From NCBI GenBank assembly GCA_963803805.1, contig CAWDOD010000003.1, positions 288,001 through 352,000 on the forward strand: a stretch of 64,000 nt of DNA. The letters are read 5' to 3'. Source of the DNA: an uncultured cyanobacterium (GTDB lineage: Bacteria; Cyanobacteriota; Cyanobacteriia; Cyanobacteriales; CAWCAG01). Positions 1 through 11,166 of this stretch are shown here, in pieces. A program made the translations under genes and the position numbers. Within the stretch, counting starts at the first letter, position 1. Every line of letters begins with the position of its first letter. The notes under the pieces are model-generated. The model ran no database searches. It saw only the letters and a list, made by a program, of their open reading frames with translations, and was not told the DNA's origin.

Positions 1-3000
1 GAGGGGAGATTAGTTGAGTTAGGCAACCAAGGGGAGGTTGTAGGTTGGCAGTTAACTCCTGCCAACCCAGGAAATAGCCCTTTGTCCGTAGCAGAGTTAG
101 GGGTTGGGGCTGGTTTGGGAGATTTAGGTATTCCCGGTGATGTGGAGTTAGGAACTGCGGTTGTTTCTGGTAGTGTGGATGTTGTTAATCAACAAGGAGT
201 TGGGGGCAATGTTCAAGTTTTAGGGGAAGTTGTAGAACTTCTTGGGGCAAAGATTGATGCTTCTGGGGTGAATGGTGGCGGCAGCGTATTAGTTGGTGGA
301 GATTATCAAGGTAAAGGGGATATGCCGAATGCTTTGCAGACTTATGTGAATCGGGATTCGGTGATTACAGCAGATGGGCAGGGAGATAGCGAAGGTGGCA
401 AAGTAATTGTTTGGGCTGATGACACCACAAACTTTTATGGTAATGTCTCTGCCCGTGGTGCAGGCATTAGTGACGGTGGTTTTGTAGAGATATCGGGGAA
501 GGAAACCCTGTTGTTTCAGGGAGGTGTAGATACTAGTTCTGACTTTGGCAATATGGGGACTTTGCTTTTAGATCCAGAGAATATTACCATCGAAAACGGC
601 AACGGTAGTGGCGCTCCTCAAACCATCTCCGAAAGAGAATTAGAAGCACAGGCGAAAATTAATAATGTTGTTGTGCAGGTCGACAATACCATTACTGTCA
701 ACAACCTCTTTGATAACGAACTAGATTTATCCGGAGGTTCAGGAACAGTAGTTTTTACTGCCGATGCAGATGGTGATGGGGTAGGTGACTTTGTGATGGA
801 GGATATTGCAGATGCAATCTTAGCTGCGGGGAAAGATATAACTATTTCTGGGGTTAATATAACTACTGGTGATATTGAGACTGATTCCAATGCTTTCTTG
901 TTCTTCGATGCAGAAGATGCAGGAGATATTAAGTTGGAAGCAACTGGGAATATTTCAACTGGTGATGTTAATGCTCGCTCGATATCTAGTGGATTTGGAG
1001 ATACAGATTATGGAGGAGCAATCACCCTCAAGGCTGGGGGCGATATTTCCAGTGGTGAGGTTAACTCTGCCTCTACTGCTGCCTTTGGAGGTTCTAAAGA
1101 TTCGGGAGTTGTTACTCTTGAAGCCGGGGGAAATATTTTGACCGATCAAGTGTTTTCCGCCTCTGGTTCCTTTGGAAGTAAAAATGTGGGAAATGGAAAC
1201 TTAATTACTATAAGAGCCGGAGGGGATATTACTGTCAGTGCTGGGGTTGCTTCAGGCTCTCTTAGTAGTGGAGATGGAAATGCAGGAGATGGAAGAGCTA
1301 TTACCTTAAAGGCTGGAGGCAATGTTTCCATTGACTATTTCCTTTCTGCTTCTTTTGCCAACGGAGATGGAAACACTGGAGATGGAGGGGCGATTAATGT
1401 TGAATCTGGCAGTAATATCTCTACTGGTGGGGTTAATTCCTCCTCCCTTGGCAGTGGAGATGGAAACACTGGAGATGGAGGAGCGATTAGCTTCAAAGCT
1501 GACGGTGATATTTCTACTGGTGAAGTTAGCTCTTCCTCTTTTTCTTTTGGAGATGGGGATACGAGGGATGGGGGAGACATCACCCTTCAAGCTAATGGTG
1601 ACATTTCTACTGGCCTTCTCAGTTCTGCCTCTTTTTCTCAGAGAGGTGGAAATACAGGAAACGCAGGTGCTATCAACTTGCAAGCTGGACACAATATCTC
1701 TACTGGTGATTCTCTCAGTGCTTTCTCCACTACTTTTGGTTTTGGAAGTGGAAATACCCAAGAGGGCGGAGCGATTACCCTAAAAGCTGGCAATAATATC
1801 TCCACTGGTACTATCGATTCTAGCTCTTTTTCCTATGGAAATACAGGAAATGCAGGTGCTGTCAACTTGCAAGCTGGAAATGATATCTCAACTGGTACTT
1901 TTATCAACTCTTCCTCTTATTCCTTTGGAGTTGGAAAAGTGAGAGATGGAGGAGCTATTAGTTTGAAAGCTGGTGGCAATATATCTGCTCCAGGCACTAT
2001 TCTTTCTACCTCTCTTTCTCTTGGAAGTAGAGATTCACAAAGGGGAGGGGATATAAATCTTGATAGCAAAGGAGAGATAACCTTTCTAGATCCTGTAGCT
2101 ACAGGGTCTACTTCAGCAAGTATTATTGGCTCTAATCAGGTCTGGAGCTATGGTAAAACTGGAGGAGATATAAGGATTACTAGTGCAGTCGGCACTCTAC
2201 AACTCAACAGTTCCTCAATTAATAGTGAAGGATTCGTATCGGGAGGAGCCATTGAAATTACCGCTCCTAAAATAACTATTAACAACTCTGAAATCAAAAG
2301 TGCTATCTTGACTGACGGAGTGGTAGGAAATATATCTATAAATTCCCAAGAGCAGATTATTCTGAATAGAAGTCGTATTTCTGCTATCCTAGAACCCAGT
2401 AGCAAAGGTCGAGCAGGTAGTGTTAGCTTAACTGCACCAATCCTGAGTTTAAGTGATGTATCTCTCATTGAAACTACAAGCTTTGGTGAAGGTAATGCAG
2501 GTAATGTAGAGATTATGGTAGACAATCTCTTCTTAGACCGCAGCAACATTCAAAGTATTACTGCTGGGGTAGGGAATGCAGGAAAGGTAGATATTACTGC
2601 CAACCAAGCTGTCCAATTAACTAACCAGAGTAACATTAGTACTATTGCTAACTCTCGCTCTCAAGGACAGGGGAACAACATTACTATCAACTCTCCCCAA
2701 CTTTCTTTAACGGGGGGTTCCCAGTTGCAAGCCTTAACGAAAAGTCAAGGGGATGCAGGCAATATTTTGCTGAATATTCGAGATAGATTGACTATTTCTG
2801 GTGTTGGTGCAGAAGGTTTCCTTAGCGGTGTCTTTACCTCCTCTGGAGATGAACAAAATAGCAACGCAGGTAAGGGAGGAGACATCACCATCAACAACTC
2901 CGGCACTGTCACCCTCAGTGATGGAGGAGTTTTAAGCGCCCAGACTTTTAGTAACTCCCCAGGAGGCGACATTAAAGTCAACGCCAACCGACTCAACCTA

Positions 3001-4946
3001 CAAAGTGGAGGACAAATCTTGACCAGTACCATTGGTGGAGGTAAAGCAGGGGAAGTTATTGTCAACGCCAGAGAAAGTGTCAATATCAACGGCAATGATC
3101 CTAACTTTGCCAATCGTCCCCAAGGACCTAAACCTCTAAGACAAGGAGTACAAGCTACTCCTTTCAACCTCTCTAAATTAGTTACCGAAACAGAACCCAA
3201 CAATAGTGCCGCAGAAGCTTTGTTTCTCAGTGACAATCTCTTTTCCGTAGACACTGTTAATAAGCCTAACCCTAATGTAGAACTTACTAACCGGATTCCC
3301 TATGTTTCTATTCAAGACAAAGGGGACAATAGCAATACCTCAGACTATTACGCCTTTGAGGTTAAAGCAGGAACGAGGGGGATTTTTGATATTGATAATG
3401 TCTTAGATAGCCAAGGTAAACCTATAGCAGATAGTTCTAATGTCAAAACTATAGAGCTTTTGCAAGTTCAAGATGGACAGTTGAAAGTAATAGGAGGAAA
3501 TGATGCCAGCCTGTCATTTCAAGGTGCAGGAGGAAGTAACCAAGCTTCTGACCCCTATTTTGACTTCACTTTCACTGAAAGTGGCACTGTCTACCTCAGA
3601 GTCACTAAGTCTGCCAACGCTCTTCCCAATCAAAGTAACTACACCCTCAACATCTCCCTAGAAACCCCCAATGTAACAGGTAGCAGCATTACCACTGGCG
3701 GGGCAGCTAGCGGTATCTTTGCCCAAACTAGTCCCGGTACAACAGGGGGTGCAGGGACAATCAACCTCAACACTCCCCAATTAAATGTTGCTGCTGGGGG
3801 CAGGGTTTCTGCCCTTACTCAAGGTAGAGGAGATGCCGGGGCAATCAAACTACAACCCATTGCCAACGGCAACGACTTCCAACTCAACCTTAGTGGTGGG
3901 CAGAAGTTTCTACCTCCACTTCTAGGGATGGTAGGGGAGGCAGTATTGCTTTCAATGCCCCTGGCAAGGTTACTATTCAAGGTGATGGTATCCTTTCTAC
4001 CCAAACTACTAGCACTGCCCCCAATGCAGGTAAGGCTGGAGATATTAGTGCTGTAGCTGGGGGCTTTTCCCTAACTAATGGTGCAAGGTTAACCTCTAGT
4101 ACCTCTGGTACTGCGGCTGCTGGAAATATTAATTTTCAGGTTCGCGATGACCTAACCATTGCTGGAGAGAACACCGGTTTATTCGCCAACACCTCCGCCA
4201 ACTCCTCTGGTAACTCCGGTAGCGTCTTTATCAACTCTGGAACTACAGCTATCCGAGATGGAGGGCAAGTTGCTGTTAATAGTCAAGGGGATGGTGTCGG
4301 AGGTAATATTAGCGTTTCCACCAATGATTTGACCCTCTTCAACCGAGGTACAATCAATGCAGCTACAGCCAAAACTAGCGGTGGTAACATTAGCCTCAAT
4401 GTTCCCGGACTCATCCTGATGCGCAACAACAGCCTCATCAGTGCGGCTGCGGGGGGTGCTGGCAGTGGGGGTAACATTACCCTTAACGTCGGTTTCATCG
4501 TTGCTATTCCCAAAGAAAACAGTGATGTAGTTGCCCGTGCTTCCCAAGGCAAAGGTGGTCAAATTATTATTAATGCCACTGGTGTTTATGGCTTTGTCGG
4601 GGATAGTCGCTTTTTGACTCCCTTTTCTGATTTAAACGCTTCTTCTGATGTGGTAGGTAATGAAGGAAGTGTAGCCATTGATGTAGATTTTGATGTTACC
4701 CAAGGGCTAAATAGCCTACCGGATGACAGGGTGGACACAGAGGTTAATGATAGTTGTGAGGCTATAGAAAAAGATGCTACTGTCGCCTTTTTTGATATTG
4801 GTAAGGGGGGAACATTAGCTAATCCCGATGAACCTTTAGATGCTGATAGTTGGGAATGGCTTAGTTTAGCAGAAGAGGAAGTTTCAGAAGAAAACAAGGA
4901 GGAATTTTTAGCTAGAGTTGAGGTTGAAAAACCTTGCGTTTTTTAG
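1..4946 (+). pseudogene. Filamentous haemagglutinin-like TpsA exoprotein, 5'-partial, split by a 1-nt frameshift at ~3898-3900
   Basis: Frame 1 is open from base 1 and has Gly/Ser/Asn-rich beta-helix repeats and GGFVEISGK / GTLLLDP motifs. After ...AGT GGT GGG (3892-3900), adding one G gives AEVSTSTSRDGRGGSIAFNAPG..., which reads without a stop into ORF 4329..4946 (typical cyanobacterial FHA C-terminus, ENSDVVARA..GGQI.I). Could be a sequencing error. Confidence 0.85.
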
Positions 4947-5001
4947 ATAATAAGTACTTGATTTTTACGATGTTATTTGTTTTGATAATGGTTTTCTCCA
5001 G

Positions 5002-5391
5002 TTACCTATTACCCATTGCCCAGGAACCTAAATCACCCTTTTGCTTTTGCCCAGAAGAAGGAATTCCATAATCAGTTAATGGTCTAACTTCAGGAGGTTG
5101 AAGTCCCAAGACGATAGACTGGGGAGGAACACCTGCTGCTACTAATTCTTCGGCAATAAGTTGGTCGGTATTGTTAGCTTGAATCCAAATCTGGTTATTA
5201 ATAATATCAATATGGATAATACAATAATGAATGCGTTGTTGTTGATGCCAACCTAGAGAAAGTAGCATATAGTGGTCTTGAACTAAATCAAAAATTGTTT
5301 GATTCTTTACTTGACTATCAAATGTAGGAAGTTGGGCATATTCAGTAAGTAGTTGTTTGACAATTTCTCGATAATTATTTATGGAAGCCAT
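5002..5391 (-). CDS. xisI: XisI family protein
   Basis: DHYMLLSLGW...IIHIDI...IWIQ.N.TD..IAEELV.AGVP...IVLG motif; coupled to an xisH remnant. Confidence 0.9.
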   Translation of the reverse strand: MASINNYREIVKQLLTEYAQLPTFDSQVKNQTIFDLVQDHYMLLSLGWHQQQRIHYCIIHIDIINNQIWIQANNTDQLIAEELVAAGVPPQSIVLGLQPPEVRPLTDYGIPSSGQKQKGDLGSWAMGNR

Positions 5392-5629
5392 TGTAGAATT
5401 TTCTCCTTTTCAGAATTGTAAACAATAAGTTTAAGACGTTAAGAAAACTCTTTACTTCAACGGCTATTTTAAGATTCTGTTTCTCAGCAGCTAATAACTG
5501 TTCTGCTCCCAAATCAATATAAATGTTTCTTTTGGCCCAACTTAAAGGATAAGGAGCGTGAGTAATAGTCCAGTTAGCTTTGATAAGTGCTTGTTTAACA
5601 ACTTGATGATAAATGTCTTTAGCTGGCAT
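5375..5629 (-). pseudogene. xisH: XisH family protein with internal deletion and frameshift
   Basis: MPAKDIYH..VK.ALIK..W.ITH...YIDLGAE....KIAVEVKSF N-terminus. The XisH-type C-terminus RLKLIVYNSEKEKILQWLP* follows directly in another frame, so the middle is missing. Confidence 0.85.
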
Positions 5630-5685
5630 AAAAATCTTTAATATAAACCCTTAAATTTTTTTAACAAACTTTTTTTCATAAACTT

Positions 5686-7404
5686 ATGGTACTGCATCTA
5701 CTACTTCCTACCCTAGCTCAAATCCCTCCAGATATTCCTCCACAGGATGTCCTTCCCCCTTCACAACAACCTTCCCCTATTCCTGAACAACCAGAAACAC
5801 CTCCTGCACCAGAGGAAGTGCTTCCTGATCCCGCTACACCAATTCCCCCTGAAATACTACCAGATACTCAAGAAACAATTACAGTTACTGAGTTTGAGTT
5901 TGTTGATAATACAATTTTTTCTTCCGAACAGTTAGCTAGGGAAATTACTAATAAATATCTTAATCAAACTCTGTCTTTACAACAACTCCTCAACGTTGCT
6001 GCTGAAGTTGCCCAGTTTTATGCTGCTGCTGGTTACAGTACTTCTGGGGCAGTGATTTCTTTGCCAGAAATTACTCGGCAACAGGGAAAGGGGATTGTGA
6101 GAATTATTGTCATTGAAAGTAGGTTAGAAGCAATTAATCTGGTTCCGGTGGGGAAACAACGCCTTAATCCTAATTACGTGCGATCGCGCCTAGAAGTGGA
6201 ACCAGGAGACATTCTCAATGTCAGCAAATTACAAGAGCAACTGCAATTACTACAACTCAATCCTTTAATTACTAGGGTTGCAGCCCAATTAAGTGAAGGT
6301 TCACAACCGGGGCTAAATCAGTTAGAACTTCAGGTGGTAGAAGCGCCTTCTTTTCGTTTGCCTTTGAGCATTAACAATGGCCGTTCACCCAGTGTCGGGA
6401 GTTTCCAGCGTCAGATTACGGCGAGGGAAGGTAATTTACTGGGGTTGGGAGATGCTCTCAGTGTCGGTTATGGTAATAGCGACGGTAGCAATCTTTGGAA
6501 TCTCAGCTACACTCTGCCGGTGAATCCTAATAATGGCACACTGGGTTTTGACTACAGCTATACAACCAGTGATGTGATTGAACCGCCCTTTGAAGCAGTG
6601 AATATTGAGTCTGAGTCCCAAACATACAACTTAACCTTTCGACAGCCTGTAGTGCAAAGCATTCGTCAACAGCAGTTTCAGGAGTTGGCTTTAGGAGCAA
6701 CTGCTTCTTGGCGCAATAGTCAATCTTTTCTGTTTGATTTTCCTTTTCCTCTCTCTCCCGGAGCAGATGACAATGGTGAAACCCGCATTTTTGCCCTACG
6801 CTTGTTCCAGGAGTGGACACAACAGGATGCCCGTCAGGTGCTGGCTTTTCGCTCGGAGTTTAGTTTGGGTTTGGATGCTTTTAATTCTACTGTGAACGAG
6901 ACTCCAGCAGGTTCAGAAGCGATTCCCGATAGTCGTTTCTTTTCCTGGCGTGGGCAGGGGCAGTGGATCAGGTTGTTGGGGGAAGATACTTTGTTTCTGG
7001 TACGGGGCAATTTGCAACTGGCAAACAAAACTTTATTATCGGCAGAAGAGTTTGCTTTAGGAGGTTTTGGCAGCGTGCGGGGTTATCGCCAGAATGTACT
7101 TTCTACAGACAACGGCTTTTTTGCTTCTGCTGAACTTCAGTTACCGATTCTCAGGGTTCCGGAAGAAGGGGTTTTGCAAATTATTCCCTTCTTAGATTAT
7201 GGCGTAGGCTGGAACAGTTCGGATATTGCTAACCCAGTTCCGCAAACCCTAGTTGGTGCTGGTTTGGGTTTACAATGGCAAGATAGAGCAGGAATTTTTA
7301 ACGCCCGTTTTGATTGGGGTATTCCTTTAGTTAGTGTGGATAATAGGGAGAGAACTTGGCAGGAGAATGGGCTTTATTTTTCGGTGCAATGGAGGGGGTT
7401 TTAA
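5686..7404 (+). CDS. ShlB/FhaC/HecB-family TpsB outer-membrane transporter
   Basis: POTRA-like N-part, GGFGSVRGY motif, C-terminal aromatic beta strand (GLYFSVQWRGF). Confidence 0.92.
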   Translation: MVLHLLLPTLAQIPPDIPPQDVLPPSQQPSPIPEQPETPPAPEEVLPDPATPIPPEILPDTQETITVTEFEFVDNTIFSSEQLAREITNKYLNQTLSLQQLLNVAAEVAQFYAAAGYSTSGAVISLPEITRQQGKGIVRIIVIESRLEAINLVPVGKQRLNPNYVRSRLEVEPGDILNVSKLQEQLQLLQLNPLITRVAAQLSEGSQPGLNQLELQVVEAPSFRLPLSINNGRSPSVGSFQRQITAREGNLLGLGDALSVGYGNSDGSNLWNLSYTLPVNPNNGTLGFDYSYTTSDVIEPPFEAVNIESESQTYNLTFRQPVVQSIRQQQFQELALGATASWRNSQSFLFDFPFPLSPGADDNGETRIFALRLFQEWTQQDARQVLAFRSEFSLGLDAFNSTVNETPAGSEAIPDSRFFSWRGQGQWIRLLGEDTLFLVRGNLQLANKTLLSAEEFALGGFGSVRGYRQNVLSTDNGFFASAELQLPILRVPEEGVLQIIPFLDYGVGWNSSDIANPVPQTLVGAGLGLQWQDRAGIFNARFDWGIPLVSVDNRERTWQENGLYFSVQWRGF

Positions 7405-7433
7405 GTAATAAGTAATAAGTAATAAGTAATAAG
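7402..7433. repeat. Heptamer tandem repeat (TAAGTAA)n, STRR-like
   Basis: About 4.5 copies. The same unit recurs at ~10207-10239 and, reverse-complemented, at ~17287-17305 and ~27097-27114. Confidence 0.85.
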
Positions 7434-7438
7434 TTTTT

Positions 7439-10204
7439 ATGATTGGATTTTGGGGTAAGAATATGATTTTTTTGAAGCAGTTTATTTCTATTTTACTAAG
7501 AGAGTTTTGGGTGTCTAGAAAAGTTATAATTGCATTTTTACTTTCTTTGTGTGTTGCTCTTTCGCCTACTATTATTTTGGCTCAAACTACGCCCCAGGAG
7601 TTGGTTCAGGAGGGAAAGGCTTTTTATGAAGTGGGAAATTTACCAGAGGCGATCGCATCTCTACAAGAGGCTGTCGACTTATTTCGTAGCGCAAATGAGC
7701 AAGAAAATTTAGCAGTTACTTTGACTAATTTGGGTAATATTCAATTAACCCTCGGACAAGCTAATGAAGCTTTAGAAACTTGGCAGCAAGCGCAAACTAT
7801 TTACCAAGATTTAGGGAATAATTCTCATGTTTCCCTAAGCCAAATTAATCAGAGTAGGGCGCTGCAAGCTTTGGGTTTATATCCTCGTGCCTGCAATACC
7901 TTGATACAAGCTTTTCAACTTGCTCCCCTCAACTGTAATAACTTAACGGGGGAGAATTTACAACGGTTAAGGAGCGATCGCTTACCTGTGGTAGTACAGG
8001 TAGCAGGTTTACGTTCCCTGGGCAACTTATTCCGGGGCATGGGTAAATTAGAAGAGTCGGAGTTGGTTTTAGCACAAGCAGTTACTCAAGCTACTTCCCT
8101 TTCTCCCCAAACCAAAGGGGCAACCCAACTTAGTTTAGCTAATACCTTGAGGGCAAGGGGAAACTTAGAACGCGATCGCCTCTCCAAATCAGAGTATCAA
8201 CACTTACCTTGGCGCTACACTCCTAAAAATACACCGGAAGAAGCAGAAACATACTACCAACAAGCTGACAGCAAATATCTAGCTTTGAGTAAAGATGCTT
8301 CCTTGCCTGCTGAGTTGAAAATTAGGGCGCAACTCAATCATCTTAGCCTACTCTTAGAAAGGGGCAAACAAACTCAAACTCAAGACTTAGACATAAACGT
8401 AGAAAATTTACCCCTAAGCCGCAACAAAGTCTATGCCCGCATCAACTACGCCAAAAGCCTAGCTTTCTTACAACAGCAATCCTCTCGTGTCTCCCAATCT
8501 AAAGAGCTTAAGGTAGGGAGCGGGAAACAGGAAAAAGGGAACAGGGTATCTTGGGAAACCGTCACTAACCTACTCAATATCGCTTTAAACGAAGCCCAAG
8601 AATTAGAAGATAGCTACGCCCAAGCTTATGCTTTAGGTAACTTAGGCAGCCTTGATGAGTACTTTGCAACTATTGCCCAGAAACCCACAGAGTCTCAACA
8701 ATGGAACAAACAGGCACAACAGTTAACTGAAGAAGCCTTACTGATTCTGCAACCCCAAGTAAATCCTGAAGCAGCTTATCAATGGCAATGGCAACTAGGC
8801 AGACTCCTAGCTAGTCAAGGAGAAAGAGATGGTGCGATCACAACTTACGAATCAGCCGCCCAAACTCTTGATCAGGTACGCCGTAACCTAATAACTATCA
8901 ACTCTGATGTGCAGTTTTCCTTCCGGGATAATGTCGAACCTTTGTATCGAGAATTAGTATCGTTGTTGCTGCCTAAAGGAGAAACAAATCTCCCTCAAGA
9001 AAATCTTAAAAAATCTCTTTACTATGTAGAAGCCCTGCAATTAGCAGAATTAGAAAATTTCCTACGTTGTACTGTGCAAAATCAGAATAACGAAGGTTTA
9101 TTAGCCGGAGAAACTGATAATCAACAGGCACAAACTGAGCTATTGATTAAGCGTATTAATCGAGTTATTCAAGATGATCCTAATCAAAAAACCGCCTTTC
9201 TTTATCCTATACTTTTACCAGAACAAGTAGCAGTTATTCTTAAGTTACCTAACCAAGAAAAGTTAGCTTATCATCTTACTCCTAAAAATAAAGATGAAGT
9301 AGAAAAAGTAGTTAATAAAGCTACTTTATCTCTAAAAATCAAAGCTGATATTGACCCAAATGAAGAACAACCTCTGAAAGACTTATACCAAATACTATTA
9401 GCAAACTCTATTCCTGATTTAGAACAGGCACAAGCCAAAACTTTAATCTTTATTCTTGACAATGTCTTTCGTCCTATTCCCATGAGTGCTTTACATAATG
9501 GGCAAAACTATTTAGTTGCTCAAGACTATGCTACAGTGGTTGTACCAACAGTCCAATTATTACAACCTCTAAGTTTTCAACCTCAACAACTAACTGCTTT
9601 AATCGGCGGGGCAATTAAACATCGTGATGGATTTAATCCTTTAGAAGAAAACGTTAAATCACAAATTGCTGCCCTTAAGAAACTTTTACCTAATTCTAAA
9701 ATAATCAGTGATGGAAGTTTTACTAAAGCAACTATTCAACAAGAATTAGCTGCTAATTATTATCCAATTCTTCATTTAGTAACTCATGGTAAATTTGCTT
9801 CTGATCCACAGGAAACTTTTATTATGACTGATGATGAAGGCAAAGACTTTGAAGATTACTCCTTGAATATTAATGAATTTGAAAACTTACTCCAAACTGG
9901 CAAGCAAAACCAAGCAATTGAATTACTAGTTCTTAGCGCCTGTGACTCAGCAGAAGGAGACAACCGTGCTGTGTTAGGTATTGCGGGAGTTGCCGTTAAA
10001 TCTGGAGCAAAAGCCACCGTTGCACCTTTATGGACTGTCGACCAAGATTCTTCTAATTTATTAGTTGAAAAGTTCTATGAAAATTTAACTACAAAGGAGG
10101 TTAGTAAAGCAAAAGCATTAAACTTAGCACAACGATATGTATTGCAACAAAGTAATCATATTAGTCCCTATCATTGGGCACCTTTTGTTTTAGTGGGAAA
10201 CTAA
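7439..10204 (+). CDS. TPR + CHAT (caspase/HetF-like) protease, likely exported
   Basis: Hydrophobic signal-like N-terminus, TPR helices, HLVTHG and LVLSAC catalytic motifs, HWAPFVLVGN end; start may be 7463. Confidence 0.9.
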   Translation: MIGFWGKNMIFLKQFISILLREFWVSRKVIIAFLLSLCVALSPTIILAQTTPQELVQEGKAFYEVGNLPEAIASLQEAVDLFRSANEQENLAVTLTNLGNIQLTLGQANEALETWQQAQTIYQDLGNNSHVSLSQINQSRALQALGLYPRACNTLIQAFQLAPLNCNNLTGENLQRLRSDRLPVVVQVAGLRSLGNLFRGMGKLEESELVLAQAVTQATSLSPQTKGATQLSLANTLRARGNLERDRLSKSEYQHLPWRYTPKNTPEEAETYYQQADSKYLALSKDASLPAELKIRAQLNHLSLLLERGKQTQTQDLDINVENLPLSRNKVYARINYAKSLAFLQQQSSRVSQSKELKVGSGKQEKGNRVSWETVTNLLNIALNEAQELEDSYAQAYALGNLGSLDEYFATIAQKPTESQQWNKQAQQLTEEALLILQPQVNPEAAYQWQWQLGRLLASQGERDGAITTYESAAQTLDQVRRNLITINSDVQFSFRDNVEPLYRELVSLLLPKGETNLPQENLKKSLYYVEALQLAELENFLRCTVQNQNNEGLLAGETDNQQAQTELLIKRINRVIQDDPNQKTAFLYPILLPEQVAVILKLPNQEKLAYHLTPKNKDEVEKVVNKATLSLKIKADIDPNEEQPLKDLYQILLANSIPDLEQAQAKTLIFILDNVFRPIPMSALHNGQNYLVAQDYATVVVPTVQLLQPLSFQPQQLTALIGGAIKHRDGFNPLEENVKSQIAALKKLLPNSKIISDGSFTKATIQQELAANYYPILHLVTHGKFASDPQETFIMTDDEGKDFEDYSLNINEFENLLQTGKQNQAIELLVLSACDSAEGDNRAVLGIAGVAVKSGAKATVAPLWTVDQDSSNLLVEKFYENLTTKEVSKAKALNLAQRYVLQQSNHISPYHWAPFVLVGN

Positions 10205-10276
10205 GATAAGTAATAAGTAACAAGTAATAAGTAATAAGTTTTTCTAGTTAGTATTACAATTTTAGAAGCATAGATT

Positions 10277-11134
10277 ATGAAATTATTCAAATCATTTTCT
10301 CCAGTTAATAAGCTTGCTTTTCTATTAGCTTGCACTCTCTTTAGTTTTGCGAATATTTTGCCCTTTATACTAGGAGAAAAATCTGTAGCCAGAACTTACA
10401 CCAATGTTCTTAAAGAGGGTGATGGTTCTGAACCTAGTAATCAAATAGTTTTTATTCCTAGAACTCGGCGAGAAGGAGAAGGGGAACCCTATAATCAATC
10501 TTCTGGGGGTACTTATGGTGAAGATCGCTGTCCTCAATCTATTCCTAGCTTAACTGCTTTAGTTCCTGGAAAAGGTTTAGAAGAACCAGAAACTGAACCT
10601 GCGACAACGGAGAAAACTTATTGGTCTATTACTGCTCAAGAATTTCCTACCCTTTGGTTTTATGTTCCTTATCCTACTAGTGGTAAACTTGAAGCTAAAT
10701 TGAAAGTTATGACTAATGAAACTAGAGAAGTTGTTTACAGTAAGATTTATCAACTAAATGGAACACCAGGAATAATTGGTCTGACTATAAAAGATGAAGC
10801 TTTAGTAGTAGGAAAAGATTATCACTGGAGTTTCACTATCATTTGTGATCCTGAAAATAGAGATTCTGATGTTTATGTACAAGGTAAAATTGCCAGAGTA
10901 GCAGCAACACCAAAATTCACTCCTCTGCCTACAGCCAAACCGGAAGAAAAAGTTGATCTTTATGCAAGAGATGGTCTTTGGAATGAAACTTTAACAACTA
11001 TCTTCACCGAGTTATATCCTTCTAATCCCAAACAAGCTAAAGAGTATTTACGGGGCTTGTTGGGGTCAGAATATGTAAACTTAGAAAGTTTAGCAGAACA
11101 ACCAGTTGTTCCTTGTTGTGACTCTTCCTATTAG
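10277..11134 (+). CDS. DUF928 domain protein
   Basis: C....LTALVP...T....PTLWFYVPY...Y.W...I.C...LYA.DGLW.ETL pattern; signal peptide. Confidence 0.85.
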   Translation: MKLFKSFSPVNKLAFLLACTLFSFANILPFILGEKSVARTYTNVLKEGDGSEPSNQIVFIPRTRREGEGEPYNQSSGGTYGEDRCPQSIPSLTALVPGKGLEEPETEPATTEKTYWSITAQEFPTLWFYVPYPTSGKLEAKLKVMTNETREVVYSKIYQLNGTPGIIGLTIKDEALVVGKDYHWSFTIICDPENRDSDVYVQGKIARVAATPKFTPLPTAKPEEKVDLYARDGLWNETLTTIFTELYPSNPKQAKEYLRGLLGSEYVNLESLAEQPVVPCCDSSY

Positions 11135-11166
11135 GCTTGCAGGGGCGAGTGACCCCTTGCCTCTAC

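Noticed and set aside
618-4897. Many short overlapping ORFs inside tpsA
   Set aside because: Alternative-frame or antisense artefacts of low-complexity Gly/Ser coding.
4329-4946. Independent 205-aa gene
   Set aside because: It is the C-terminus of the frameshifted TpsA; the frame is open back to ~3900.
5002-5629. fdxN-type excision element
   Set aside because: No recombinase, nif genes or recognisable att sites; xisH/xisI pairs are commonly stand-alone.
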